Shown: positions 30,131 through 44,947 of the stretch, piece after piece
How positions within the stretch are numbered: position 1 is the stretch's first letter
How the letters are laid out: each line of letters begins with the position of its first letter
Origin: the human T2T-CHM13v2.0 reference genome, Homo sapiens
NCBI RefSeq assembly: GCF_009914755.1
Contig: NC_060928.1
Reading direction: 5' to 3' (one strand)
DNA length: 64,000 nt
The notes under the pieces: generated by a model
What the model was told of the DNA's origin: nothing
Seen by the model: only the letters and a program-made list of their open reading frames with translations
Database searches by the model: none
Made by a program: the position numbers and the translations under genes

Positions 30131-33010
30131 GAAAAATTAAAAATAAAGATACTATCTGTGATTAATCAGACTGCCAAAGATGAAGATGATGGATACCATT
30201 CAGTGTTGACTAAAGAGTAAAAACAGGCAATCCCACATACTGTAATTGGGAATAAAAATTTTCTGCATAACAATGTGGTTCTATGTACCAAAATGACAAA
30301 TGTGCACATCCCTTGACTAACCAATTCCCTTTACAGAAATACAACTGACAAATTTTTGCAAAAACTACTTTTTTTTAAATAAAAGGAAAATTCCTAAATG
30401 CCCATAAAAAGATATAAACCTGGTTAACTAAACTGTAGTAGATATTATAATTCTATATTTATTTTCTTAGATATGAAAAGTCATGCATATCATACTTTAG
30501 GTGACAAAAGCAGAATGCAAAACATAATATAAAGAATACCATTTAAGCCGCATACATATATGCACACAGAATGGAGTCCAGGAAGACATTCTACAAAACA
30601 TTGAGGAGGGTTTTTAAAGGAAAGACAGTGATATTTGACAGAATGTTTGCTTTCTTCTTTATACCTTTCTTTGCTACTTAGATTTTCTACAAAACAATAA
30701 GTAGACAGCATTATCATAAAAAGGTAGAAACTATTTTGTTTTTAGAGCATCCAGGTTGGAACACAGGATTGCTCCCATCTTCTAAAAATACTATATTCCT
30801 CCCTAATTCATTTTTTCTCTTTCCAAATTTGGGACATAACATGACTTAAGGAACATGACTTAAGTTGCTTAATTATGAAAGAACCTGGGACAGCATAATG
30901 CCTTTTAACTATGTTCAACCAAAGCCACAACATCTAGATATTGGCCTAAAGCCAATGACATATTTTAAGTAGTAAGATGTCTGTGCATAGCCAGGTGAAT
31001 AAATACTTTTGTCAAGAAGGATGCCAATGTCACCATCTGGGTTGGGATGGCAGAGAACCCATGCATTCAATCAACTGGAAGACATTGAGAAGCCACCTAA
31101 TTTAAGTAAGGCACAGTAAGATGCTTGCATGTTGCAAATAGAGAACTTCTGTCTCCAAGATATATTTTACAAGTATCAGATGAAATCAAGCTTTTTTAAA
31201 GGTACTTGTCCTTCAATCTTTCACCTCTAATGAATGCCAAGCTTTTCACTGATTTATTGATCAAATGATCCTTAATAACCCTATGATGTTCTGTAGAACA
31301 TCCCATTTGTATGCCAAGTCACTGATGACACTAACATCTCCCAATGTAACAAATGAACTAGTCCATGAACAAGTACTATGAAACATATCTTTTTATATAC
31401 CAACTCTTTTGCAGATATAAAAAATACATAAAATCTGTTGCACTATTTATAACACCTACTAGAATGTCTCGAAAATGCTTCAGAAGGTTTCTGGCGTAAT
31501 GTACATTAATTACCAGATTAATACATTTCTAGCCACACAGATCAAATATTAATTCCATGAGAATAAAATGAAATTAAGGACCATTTACAATTAAAAATTA
31601 TACTACTGACTATCAAGAATATATATTACTCCATGGTAAAAGTATTTCTTGGTAATGGTATTTCTTCTTTGGGGTATGTGCAAACCAATAAAACTACCTT
31701 AAAATTAGAAGAAACAACTAAAGATAAAACAAATTTGGAGAAAATATTCCAGAGGTATGTTTGCTAGAACGATTATTTTTATAGAGTTTTATTATTGAAG
31801 ACTCAGGTTTCATGTCATAGCACATTACCATCCCAGTGGGCCACACAATAAAGCTAAAGCTACATAAAATACATGTCATCTGGATGTTTACAAGGTCTGT
31901 GGATTAAATTTTTACTGTCAAATTTATAACTGACTTCTTGAAAAGTACTCCTCCTCACAAAATAAATTGAAACTGGAAAGATATTGAAGAAGTCAGTTAC
32001 TTTAAGCTCAGTAGAGAAATGGGTAGCTCACTCCACATAGAGAAGTTAAAAGCATGAAATTTAGTTGATGTTCCTACATAACTATAGTCTTGCAGAGCCA
32101 AGTCCAACCTTCCCACTGCTTCAAAGCCACAATTCCATCAGTACAAAGCCACAATGCCAGGGAGCCAACTACTGAGTCCCCACAATCCTGATTAGGGCAA
32201 AGGGAAGTTGCTAAGAGAAGAAATAACCACAGATTTTCAGATGAAGTTATAGAAGGTAGCAACAAAGATTCCAAGTCAGGAAACCTTCCACTCAACGACA
32301 CTGGTAAGAGCCATAACTCATGTCTCTAATTAAGGACGCTTCTCACAAACACTGCTTTGAACAAACACATGACCTCCTAGGCTGGCTGACTTGACCATTA
32401 ACTGAAAAGTTAAGCCTTTTTACAACAGCTACCATTTATTACAGCTAACTTAGAGCGTGCTGAACAAGTGTATTCTCTCCTCTGCAATGTAGCTCCTGAA
32501 ATAGATGGAAATGACAACCATGTGGCTTCACAGAAATAACCAGATAACATACACCTGTAGCTTCACTCATGAAGATACAGTTTTCACACTCATCACAGTT
32601 ATTGTACAGGAGAATTTTCTGCATAAAAATAGGCAGCCTAATATTAATAACTCATATGTAACAACTCTTAGTAACTATACTAGCTCCTCTAGTAGATAAC
32701 TTGTTTTCTAGGCAGGCTGGCTAAAGAAATTGGTAATTTTTTTAAATTGAGATTTATGTACCATCTATACAGAAATACGTAAAGATTCCTAAAGTTCAAA
32801 GAGACAAACAACAAGGGAGCAATTTTAGTCCTATGAAAAAAATCACGTTCTATAAATATTAAAGCCAGTTCCTGAATAGCAAATAGTTTTCTACATAACA
32901 TAAATCTGTAGAATTTTTACAGATACTAAAATGGTAATAGGATTTCAAATATTTGGTGAATACTGGGTCAGGCAAGATAAATAAAAAAACAGTTGGATGG
33001 ATAGATAGAT

Positions 33011-33172
33011 TTAGCCAAGCATGGTGGTGTGCACTACTCGGGAGGCTGAGGTGGAAGACTGCTTGAGCCTTGGAGGTGGAGGCTGCAGTGAGTGGAGATC
33101 GTGCCACTGCACTCCAGCCTGGGTGATAGAGCAAGACCTTGTCAAAAACAAACAAACAAAAAAACAGAAAAA
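33011..33172 (+). mobile_element. Alu right monomer (AluJ/FRAM-like)
   Basis: ttagccaagcatggtgg...gcttgagcc...ccagcctgggtgatagagcaagaccttgtc plus A-rich tail. Confidence 0.85.
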
Positions 33173-33910
33173 CACACATACAATTTTACTCATCACTGAT
33201 AAAATGTAATGAGAATCACTTTTTAATTCTCAGACTGAAAATAGAAGACTAACAAAATGAAATATTGGTGAAGAGTAAAATGGCATTTTATACACTGTTA
33301 AGAGAAAGTAGAGCTTTTCAGAAGGCAGTGGGTAGGAGGATCTAAACATAAAGTAGACTTCCTATTTGACCCAGAAATTCCACACCTGAGATCTATGCAC
33401 AAAAATACTCTTAGCATAGTTTTAAAGTTTTATATAAAAGGATGTTCACTGCATTATTGTTCAAAATAGCAGTGGTTACAAAAAAAATGAGTAGATTTAT
33501 ATGAACTAACATAAACATCCCTGCAAATCATATGTTAAGGCAAAGAAGTAGGTTCCTGAATGATACATATGTGTCATAGTACTAGTTACTTTTAAATATA
33601 CTTATCTCCCAGATGGGCAGCTGGAACTCTGTTCTTCTCCAAACTCACCTAAAAGAACTTCCTCTTACACAAAAACATTAGTGTGAAATGCAAATGTTAC
33701 TAAAGATTTTACAAGAGATATGAAAGAGGTGCCTTCTATGGTAGAATACTTCGCTTGAAAACTTCCTGTCTGATCTAATACTTTGAAATCTCTTCTCAGC
33801 CTCAGGACACTGAGTGACATCTCATTCTCTCTTTTCCATTCCAATGCCCACCTTTTCCAATTCTGACCCTCACCCCCTGGCTCTGCCACCCAACCACCAC
33901 CAACTCTCAC

Positions 33911-34271
33911 TGCTATGGACTCAATGTTTGTGTCCGACCAAAATTCATAGGTTGCGTCTTAACCCCCAATGTGATGGTATTAGGAGTTGGGACCTCTAGG
34001 AAGTAATTAGGTTCTAAGGGTGGACGCTTTGTGAACTGGATTAGTGCCGTTATCAAAAGAGATAGGAGAGCTTGCACTCCCTCTTTCTCCCTCATGTGAG
34101 GATACAAGAAGACAGTCATCTGCAAACCAGGAAGTGGGCCCTCACTAGATACCAGATTTGCCAGCACCTTGATCTTACATTATCCAGCCTCCAGAACTGT
34201 GAGAAATAACTGTTTGTTGTTTAAACCACCCAGCCCAAGGTATTTTGTTATAGCAGCTTAAACTGAAGACA
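33911..34271 (+). mobile_element. MLT1A-like MaLR solo LTR
   Basis: tgctatggactcaatgtttgtg...ttgttatagcagcttaaactgaagaca; 5-bp TSD ctcac/cccac. Confidence 0.85.
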
Positions 34272-34634
34272 CCCACCATCTCATCTCTAATCTTCTATGT
34301 GCAAACCCATTACAAACTGTGACCGAAAGTATGTCAAAGGCATTATAATAAAGATAAAAATTGTGTTTTCCTCAGTCTACAAAATATCCTCCAGTTAGGA
34401 TCATTGGCCTTCATATATATTGGCACATGTGGTAATAATTAACAAATAATTTGTACAAATAATGAGTACAGTTTTTACTATATTGAAGAAAGTCACTCCA
34501 CTGGTGCGGAGACTGAAACCATGACAGGCAGGAGAAGGTAGCTGTTGGGAAGGTTCACAACTCGAGCTCCAAAACTGACTACCAGACATGCATGTACGAT
34601 TTTAAAGTTATTTTCATAAGATATCTACTAAAAC

Positions 34635-36155
34635 AGCAAGAACTATTGGAACCCCTGTATACTGTTGGTTGAAATGTAAATTAGCATATCCATTGTAGAA
34701 AACAGTATGGAAGTTTCTGAAAAAGTTAAAAATAGGACTACCATATGATCCAGCAGTCCCACTTCCGGGTACATCTTCAAAGAAAGTGAAATCAGTTTGT
34801 CAAAGAGACACCTACACTCTCAGGTTCATTGCGTAAAAGCCAGGATATAAAAACAACCTAAGAAGCCATTGACAGATGAATGGATAAAGAAAATGTGGTA
34901 TATAGACACAATGTAATACTATTCAGCCTTAAAAAAGAAAGAAATCCTGTCATTTTTGGCAACATTAATGAACATGGAGGACATTATGATAAGTGAAATA
35001 AACCAGGCACAGAAAGACAAATACTGCATGATCTCACTTACATGTGGAATCTAAAAAGGCTGAACACACAGAAGCAGAGGGTAGAACGGTGGCTGCCAGG
35101 AACTAGGGGTAGAGGTAAAGGGGCAGGGGAAGGGAGGAATGGGAAGATGTTGGTCAAGGGATACAAAGTTTCAGTTACACAGGATAAGTAAGTTCTAGAG
35201 ATGTATACTACAGCAGGGGGTCCCCAACCCTGCTACAGCAGGATTATCCAACCCCACAATATCAGCCCGTAGCCTGTTAGAAACCAGGCCACACAGCAGG
35301 AGGTGAGTGGCGGGCAAGTGAGTGAAGCTTCATCTGTATTTACAGCCACTCCCCATCACTCACATTACCGCCTGAGCCCCACCTCCTGTGAGATCAGTGG
35401 CGGCATTAGATTCTCACAGGAGGGTGAATCCTATTGTGAACTGCACACACAAGGGATCTAGGTTGCATGCTCCTTATGAGAATCTAATGCCTGATGATCT
35501 GTCACTGTCTCTCATCACCCCTAGATGGGACCATCTAGTTGTAGGAAAACAAGCTGAGGGCTCCCACTGATTCTACATTATGGTGAGTTGTATAATTATT
35601 TCATTATATTTTACAATGTAATAATAATAGAAATAAAGTGCATAATAAATATGATGCACTTGAATCATCCCAAAACCATCCCCTGCCCAACACTGGTTCA
35701 TGGAAAAACTGTCTTCCATGAAACTGGTCCCTGGCATCAAGAAAGCTGGGGACCACTGTAGTATAGCCTTGTGGCTACATTTAGTAATAATGTATTGTAC
35801 TTGAAGATTGCTAAGAAAGTAGATCTTCATTGTATTTAATTATTTTAATTGACAAATAAAAATTGTATCTATATGGTGTATGACATGTTTAGTGAAATGG
35901 CTAAATCAAGCTAATTAACATATCCATTATTTCACATGCTTATCCTTTTTGTGTGGTGAGAACACTTAAAATTAACAGAGTAGATTTTGGATATTTTCAC
36001 TACAAAAAAAGATAACGTGTGAGTAATGAATACATTAATTAGGTGGTAATCATTTCACAATGTGTGTGTGTGTGTATACATATAAACATTACATTGTACA
36101 CCATAAACATACACAAATTTCACTTGTCATTATGCTTCAATAAATAAAAAAATAA
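34635..36155 (+). mobile_element. L1MA-type 3' end, interrupted by MER1A and by an opposite-strand L1MA fragment (about 35835-35975)
   Basis: ctaccatatgatccagcagtcccac, gatgaatggataaagaaaatgtgg, caggcacagaaagacaaatactgcatgatctcac, cttcaataaa end. Confidence 0.8.
35214..35758 (+). mobile_element. MER1A (hAT-Charlie non-autonomous element)
   Basis: Terminal inverted repeats cagggggtccccaacc and gctggggaccactg; 8-bp TSD tactacag/tagtatag. Confidence 0.9.
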
Positions 36156-36715
36156 GTAAAAAATATTGTTTGAAATTGTACATTGCTATCTCATCATCCA
36201 CTTAAGAGAAAGAACAATTAAAATAAGGCAAGCAATTTGCCATTAGCTAAGTATTTAGATAATGACCTGTATCTGTGGTTCCTTCTGTCAGATTCAAATC
36301 CTGCATGTCCCTCATAATGTGTGCAGCTCATTGTGAACGTGCTTCTAGCATACAAAGATAGGTGATTTTGTACAATATAGCAACACCTTAAATGAATGGG
36401 TACTACCTCTCCTGCAGCATCACTGAAGAGTAACCTGATGCAAAAGCTAAAGGAAAGAGTGGCTGTGCTCTAACTGTTGAGTGAACATCACTCAGTCTCC
36501 AAGATGACATCTTTCCAGGAAATTTTCAAGAACTTTTTTTTTTACTATGTTAAACTTACACCATATGTTTTGGTTTTAGATTCTAATCCATGATATTTTT
36601 AGAAACTTGTTACTGTCTTTAAGGTCTAATAAAATTTATACCAGGCAAAGAGTGAACTGTATTGCCTTTTAAATTGTTTGGCTATGACCAAATAAATAAT
36701 TCTGACTCCAAAATC

Positions 36716-36718
<3 letters not shown>

Positions 36719-36756
<38 letters not shown>
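36719..36756. repeat. (CA)n microsatellite
   Basis: About 19 uninterrupted CA units. Confidence 0.97.
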
Positions 36757-36760
<4 letters not shown>

Positions 36761-36792
36761 AATACACACAAATACATGTATTATCTTATTGA

Positions 36793-37202
<410 letters not shown>

Positions 37203-37779
37203 TGAAAAAGACTTGATGAGACATTAAGGCCCAATGGAATTATTCCAGGAGAAGTTGTGACTAGATTTCCTCATAAGCCTCTAAAGTTTCATCCCTGGAA
37301 GGCTAAGTAAAGGGTCAGGAAAAAAGATTCTTTTTTTGAATAGGCACACACCTGTCCCCTAGGAGTTTGTTTGTAAATTCATGAGGGCAAAACCCCTCCA
37401 TACTCACTTCCATCAGCAAGTAAGTGGTGCCAGCTCTAGGATCCAAGATGGTTCACTACATCTAAACATGTATCCTACAGCAGGAGGAGGGAAGCACTGT
37501 ACAACTTACCCAAATTTTGCTTTGCATTATATATGACAGGGAACACAATGGAGGGTGAAGAGTAATTGAACGGTTTCTGTCTCCTCTGGCTCTGAAACAC
37601 TGGTTCAATTGTGATTTAAAGAATCGAAGTATATTTGAATTGAGATAAATGAGATTTTTTAGCTAGATCCTAAAATACAACTGTAATTCAGATCAAATGA
37701 TTGTCAGAAAAAATGAAGAAGAAAAAGTAACCTATTGAACCCATATAACTGGCAAGATGATGAAATAAATGAGTAACTA

Positions 37780-38123
<344 letters not shown>

Positions 38124-39299
38124 AATTTCTGTACATGCTATCATAATCACAATGAAAAATAATATTCTATTTTTCAAGCAAGTCTAAATGTTAAGAACCA
38201 ACCCAAAATAACTCAAATAAGTATAATAAAAATGTATATATTATATTCTCAAAAAACAAAAGAATAATTAATTAAAAGTAATAACCCTTGAGCATACTAA
38301 AAGATAAAGATCACACTGACTCTTAACGTTTTTTTCTAATTTCTGTGGCATATCCTTACTTCTATGTTTCTCAACTAGCCATTAATGATTGTGATGGAAG
38401 AAAAGGTTGATCTTCTGTTTTTACATGATTCTTGGAGAATATTTCAGGTATTTTCATGTAACAATGCCAAATATATGCTAGGATCATAACACAGTAAGAA
38501 ATACATTTGTCTAGTGCAGAAGGATTGAGTGTTGCTTTCCAGTTTGGAAATTACAAGCATCATTGTTTCTATGCTTCCCAAGACATCATTATTACTTTTA
38601 TATGATTTATGGCTTAAAGTATGAGAGATGGTGCAAAGATCCTGTGCCAAATTCCCATATGGCATATAACATGAGCCAAACTGTGAAAAACTCATAAATG
38701 TGGATAGATCAGTTTCATCAGAGAAAGGAATAAGAGGGTTCCAGAGACTAAACAGGAACTAGCCAGATAATTTTTTACAGTCACGTAATTCCAAAGCAGC
38801 AGTAATGAACGCAGTCCTGCCCCGAATGTACAATGCTTGAGGTAAACATAAAGATGGTAAGGAAGAAATTAGGCAGAGACGATTTAAGACACTATAATCA
38901 ACACTGTTTATTCTTTGGTAAATCTGCCTTTTTCTTTCTCTTTTTGGACTAAAGTTGAAATTGGTATCATAATTTTTAAATGATTTCAAAAGAGATAAAA
39001 TGAAGTCTTTGGAAGTATCCCATAAATATTATAATAATTATAATCCCCATGGAGTATAATAACTGAAAAATTATTTTTAAAAGATCATATACATGTTATT
39101 TAACAGCATGCTATAATACATCAACTAAAATCAATAAGCAAGTATTTTGTATCTCATGAAAATGTTTTTACATGCATTTCTAAGATGTTGAATATCTTTG
39201 GACCAATTTCCTGAATTCAATTCAAGCATGATGTATTATCTACATGATACATTCTGAAACAAGAACTTGAGCAAAGGTAAAGTATAAGAAATGCAAACC

Positions 39300-40330
39300 A
39301 AAATCAACAGAAGAAACTAGGACACTATATTAATAACTTGAAGAGAAAGAAGAAGGTAGAGAGGTCACACAGAAGGCAGGCAAATATTTAGTTGTTTTAG
39401 GTATGGTTAATGCAGATAAAAGGATAAAAAGCTGGAGAAGTAGGCTGAGGTCATGATGTAGAGAACTCTGAATGACAGGTGAAGGTGTATATACTATTAC
39501 ATATGTAGACACTGGCAATCTACTTTTAATATTAGAGTATGAGAGTGATATACCAGAGTGATGCTTTGGGATGATTTGCCTTGTAGGATGGATTGCAGCA
39601 GGAAGTGATAAGCCTAATTAGATGAGTATTAAAGGAATCCAGGGGAGAAATAATCAGGATGTTGGAATGGTAAAGGAAGGGATGACTGTGAAAGTGATGA
39701 GATAATGTAAAGGGTAGAGTCTTTATATTTGGCTTCTAATTTTATAAAGGGACCAATACTGAATAAAGAGACTAGGATAATTACATGCTTTTGTCATTAA
39801 GACAAAGAGGAAACTCCAAAAGAGAAGCTATCTTGGGCAAAGAGAATGAAAAAACCATTCTGGGGCATGCTGAATTCATTATGTCGAAAAGATGCCCAGT
39901 TATAAATGTGAGTCTGAAACTTGGGATTAAAGAAAATAAATCATTTGGAATTCATCAGTATGGTGTTGATAGCAGAAGTCATGGATGTAGTTGACATTTC
40001 TTAAGGAGAGAGAACACAGAAGAGGTTCACAGGCAAAGGATCCAGAATAACCTCCTGAGGGGAAAGGAAGTCAAAAATGTTCAGAGAAATTGGCAGAAGA
40101 CCTAGCAGAGCATACTACAAGGATCCCAAGGATGAAGAGAATTTCAAAAAGCTAATGTAAATAAAAACATCAAAGTTTATGGAAAGAAGGAAGAGAATAA
40201 AGACTTCACAATTAGTAAACCCCATAAAATTAATCTAATAGCGGTGTTAAGAAAAACTAGGCACTCTGCTTATAAGGACAGTTTCAAAAGAGAATGGAAG
40301 ACAGGAAGGAGGCTGTGAGGGGTTATGGCC
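39300..40330 (-). mobile_element. Highly degenerate L2
   Basis: Purine-rich tract with ttctggggcatgctgaatt and atttggaattcatcagta L2-like motifs. Confidence 0.5.
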
Positions 40331-40398
40331 CAGGTGAGTGATCTTCTCTAGTTGTTGCATTATATACAGTAGGCCCCAGATGTACAAAAGCTTTATCA

Positions 40399-40695
<297 letters not shown>

Positions 40696-41459
40696 TTATA
40701 TTACTTCTTACGGTAAGAAAACTAAAGGATGGTCAAACAACTAAAAAACATCTACCATCCACATAATAGACACATAAATGTGTCTACTCCTAAATGAAAT
40801 ACGAGCTTGTTCTCTTACAGACGTATTTTGAATTTTTAAAGTAGCTTAGATATAAAGAAAAGGTTTACATTCAAGGAAGGACTCCTATTTCCAGATGAAA
40901 ACCATGCTGATATGTGACAGTTTAAATCAGGGTCAGGGCCCCAAATACAGAAAGTGACCTGACAGAGATGGAGACAAAGAACAGAGCTGCCTTCCCCCAG
41001 GGCCACAAAGGCCTCATGGAGGCAGAGCTTCCAATGCTCGGCAGGAACCAGATATTTACACTGGTATGTAAAATTCGTATTTATGCAATATCCATATAAC
41101 ATTGACACCTAAATAAAAAATATATAATATGTATCAAATAAAGCATACCTAAAAGATAACAGGTTTTGATCTGATTTTAATTTACTAAAATATTCATATG
41201 TATCAACAACTTGCATATTCAAAAACATTCTGACTTCAATCGCCTCAAATTACAGATATCTTAAACTCTAGAGACTCCATAAAGTAAAAACTATTTTCAG
41301 AGCTTATTTTTTTAATCTGCATTAGTAAAACAGAGCTATTCATAAGACTTGCTTAAATGAAACTACCGCTTTAAAAACTTACATACTCAAAATGTATTTA
41401 TAGATTTCTTACTAACATGTATTAGTAACTTAGCTAGAATATAAAAGTATCTAAAAATG

Positions 41460-41790
41460 CAAGAATTATAATTTTTGAATATCTACTAAATGTCAGACAC
41501 TATGCTAGCACAGTACCTAAATGATCTCATTTAATCTTTGCAGCTAATTTGAAAGGTAGGCACCAGTATCCCATTTCACAAATGAAGAATAAAGAAACTG
41601 AGGCTCAAGGAGGAGTAAGTGACAAATTACATGGTGATTCTGAAGATCTTCAATATCATTTACTCTAAGCACCTTTGCTCTGTAAATAAACTGAGGACTA
41701 AAGAATTAAATAACTTGTTCAGAATCACATGACTACTAAAGGTCCAAAGCAGAATTCATAGCTAAGGCCCCTGATTACCACTCTTAGAGT
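41460..41790 (-). mobile_element. MIR fragments (two cores)
   Basis: gaaactgaggctcaagg and aaactgaggactaaagaattaaataacttg...atcacatgact. Confidence 0.65.
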
Positions 41791-41793
41791 TTA

Positions 41794-41970
<177 letters not shown>

Positions 41971-42431
41971 TCAACTGTCAAAGCCTAGTAAATTACACAG
42001 CTCTCAAGCAAAAGTGTAAACATGTGAACAGCTGCCACTGCAATACCCAAACTATATATTACAATTCAGCCCTAATTTGTTCACACTAACCTATATACAC
42101 TGAAAATGCAGTGGACATAAGTTATGTAGTAAAAAATATCTTTTGAGACATAATACTCACAGTCCTTAAAAATGTAATACAGCTGTCCTATTTAGTACAT
42201 ATTAAATTTATACTCTGTAAAAAATTACACCTAATATATAGTAACTCTTCTGTTATGCACAAATTTAGACTTGGAAATATGTAGCATGCAGTTAATAATA
42301 TTCCCTTTACAGTAGCCAACAATATTTTAAACTTAAATGTACATAGTAGAGAGTGCAACATTAATTACAGTAAAAGATCAGAAGTTACAGGATTCTGAAA
42401 AGCATTTAGTTCACAATAGAAGTTTCACATG

Positions 42432-42730
42432 AGCCAGATGCAGTGGCTCACATTTGTAATCCCAGCACTTTGGGAGGCCAAGGCAAGAGGATTGCTTGAG
42501 CCCAGGAGTTCGAGATCAGCCTGGACAACAAAGTGAGACCTCGTCCCTACAAAAAATTTTAAAAATTAGCCAGGTGTGATGACATACGTCTGTGGTCCCA
42601 GCTACACAGGAGGCTGAAGCAGGATGATTGTTTGAACCTGGGAAGTCGAGGCTTCAGTGAGCTGTGTTCATACTATTGCATTTCAGCATGGGTGACAGAG
42701 TGAGACTCGGTCTCAAAAAAAAAAAAAAAA
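42432..42730 (+). mobile_element. AluJ
   Basis: ggattgcttgagcccaggagttcgag; poly-A; TSD aagtttcacatg/aagtctcacatg. Confidence 0.9.
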
Positions 42731-42764
42731 AGTCTCACATGACAGGAGGATCACAACTTTTAAA

Positions 42765-43055
42765 ATGAGGAAATCTAGTCAAAGGATCCAAAGTAGCAGG
42801 TATGCAGGATGAATAACTCTAAAGATCTAATGTATAACACGAAGATTACAATTGATAATAGCGTATTATATTCTGGATTTTTGCTAAGTGAGTAGATTAT
42901 AGTTGCTCTTGCCACAGGAGGAAAAATGGGTAACTATGTGAGATAATGGATGCATTAATTTATTTCACTAAAATAATCATTTAACTATATGTGTATCTCA
43001 TCACATTATGTTGTATAACTTAAATATACAGAATAAAATGTATTTAAAAAATACA
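42765..43055 (+). mobile_element. L1MA/MB 3' UTR fragment
   Basis: gtcaaaggatccaaagtagcag...gatctaatgtataac...tttgctaagtgagtagat...aataaaatg. Confidence 0.7.
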
Positions 43056-44947
43056 ATAAGGGGGGATATAACTTCAGTAAACAATTGGCTAATATAAATA
43101 TTAAAACTGAATATTAAATTAGTTATTTCCCTCCCAGACACTAACACAGAGAAACTGGATAGGTGGTATGAAAAGTAAAAGTCTAGGTTTTCAGAAACAA
43201 TGTATTCAATTCTAAAAGAAATGTATTACATATCATATTATATTAGAAATGTTGATCATCCCAATGAACAACAGCATCACACAATGTTGTTGAATATTCA
43301 AAAATGGTTGTGGTGAAGTCATGTTTTTGTTTCAACCTCACTAAAGGTCCAGCTCACAATACTAAACCCCAGAGAAGTAAACGCCCTTGTGCAAGAAGCC
43401 AAGACAGTGTCCCTGCAGAATAACTAGGAATAACAGTGCAGAGTGAAAGATCTAGGCAAAAGTCCCTGAACTGGTACAGCACATGAGTAATGAGTGGAGG
43501 ACTCGGCTGGCCCCTGATAAATGGTTCTCTTGATCTAAATGGCCATAGAAGGCTTCAAGGCAGGGAAACAGATGCAGGGGCAAGGCTGACAGATCCCAGG
43601 CCTGCAGCCCACGGCTTAATTCAATGCCCAAGCACGTGGCAGTTTGAAGGTTGCCAACCAGCCTCTGCTTCTGTCAGGTCTGACTCTTGGTGAGTCATTA
43701 AATTCAGTTATGTAAAGCAGGGAAAAAGTAGAGAAACAAGGCAGAAGCCAAAATATGTCATTCCACAAGAGTCTGACTTATCTCCCCGCTTAGATGCAAT
43801 GGCATCTATGAGGGGATATCTAGAATCCAAAGAGTTCCTTTAGAAAGCATGTGGGATCTGTATGACTGCCTGCACAAGTGTTTGGAATGCTAGTGCTCCA
43901 GAGCAGACAAGAAAAACTTCCAGCCTGAGGCATGTTAAAGGCAGCCTCTTCAATCATCAAAGACTTCCACAGCGGCTTCAGTTAAACACCTATGTTTGAG
44001 GACCAATGATATGATTTGTAATGTTTATATAAAGATAGTAAGAGCAGATTTATATTCTTAAACTCTATGTTTCTGTAATATATATAATTTTATAATGACA
44101 AACAAGATACTCTAAAGAGATGTCATACCTTCTGAGTTATACATAAATGAAAACTTTTGTTATCATTTTTAATGTTTAATTTCTATTGATATATAAAATT
44201 ATAAAAATTATTCATCCACATATAAAATGGAAATCGTTAAATGAAACATTGTTCATTTGTTTCATTTTTAAGTGAAATATTGTTCACTTGTTAATTCTCA
44301 TGGCTTCAACATGAAACATTTTTCAAGGTTGAATTGAACTGATATTCCCAAAACTATAAAGGGAACATCGACTATATATTTAAGCATTTGTGCATTGACT
44401 ATCTCATTTATAGTGAAAAATTCAAGCTAAAGCCATGTTCAAAATTCCTTAAAATGCTTAATAAAGAGGGCAGTTCCAAGATCGCTGAATAGGAACAGCT
44501 CCAGTCCACAGCTCCCAGTGTGAGCGACGCAGAAGATGGGTGATTTCTGCATTTCCAACTGAGGTACCGGGTTCATCTCACTGAGGCTTGTCGTACAGTG
44601 GGTGCAGGACAGTGGGTGCCTGACTCCCAAGTAGCCTAACTGGGAGGCATCCGCCAATAGGGGCAGACTGACACCCCACATGGCCAGGTACCCCTCTGAG
44701 ACGAAACTTCCAGAGGAATGATCAGGCAGCAACATTTGCTATTCAGCAATATTCGCTGTTGTGCAGCCTCTGCTGCTGATACCCAGGCAAAGAGGGTCTG
44801 GAGTGGACCTCCAGCAAACTCCAACAGACCTGCAGTTGAGGGTCCTAACTGTTAGAAGGAAAACTAACAGACAGAAAGGATATCCACACCAAAACCCCAT
44901 CTGTACGTCACCATCATCAAAGACCAAAGGTAGATAAAACTACAAAG

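Noticed and set aside
44140-44450. AT-rich internally repetitive sequence that continues after the L1 (to about 51755), possibly a DNA transposon relic
   Set aside because: Could not match termini or a TSD confidently; needs a Dfam search
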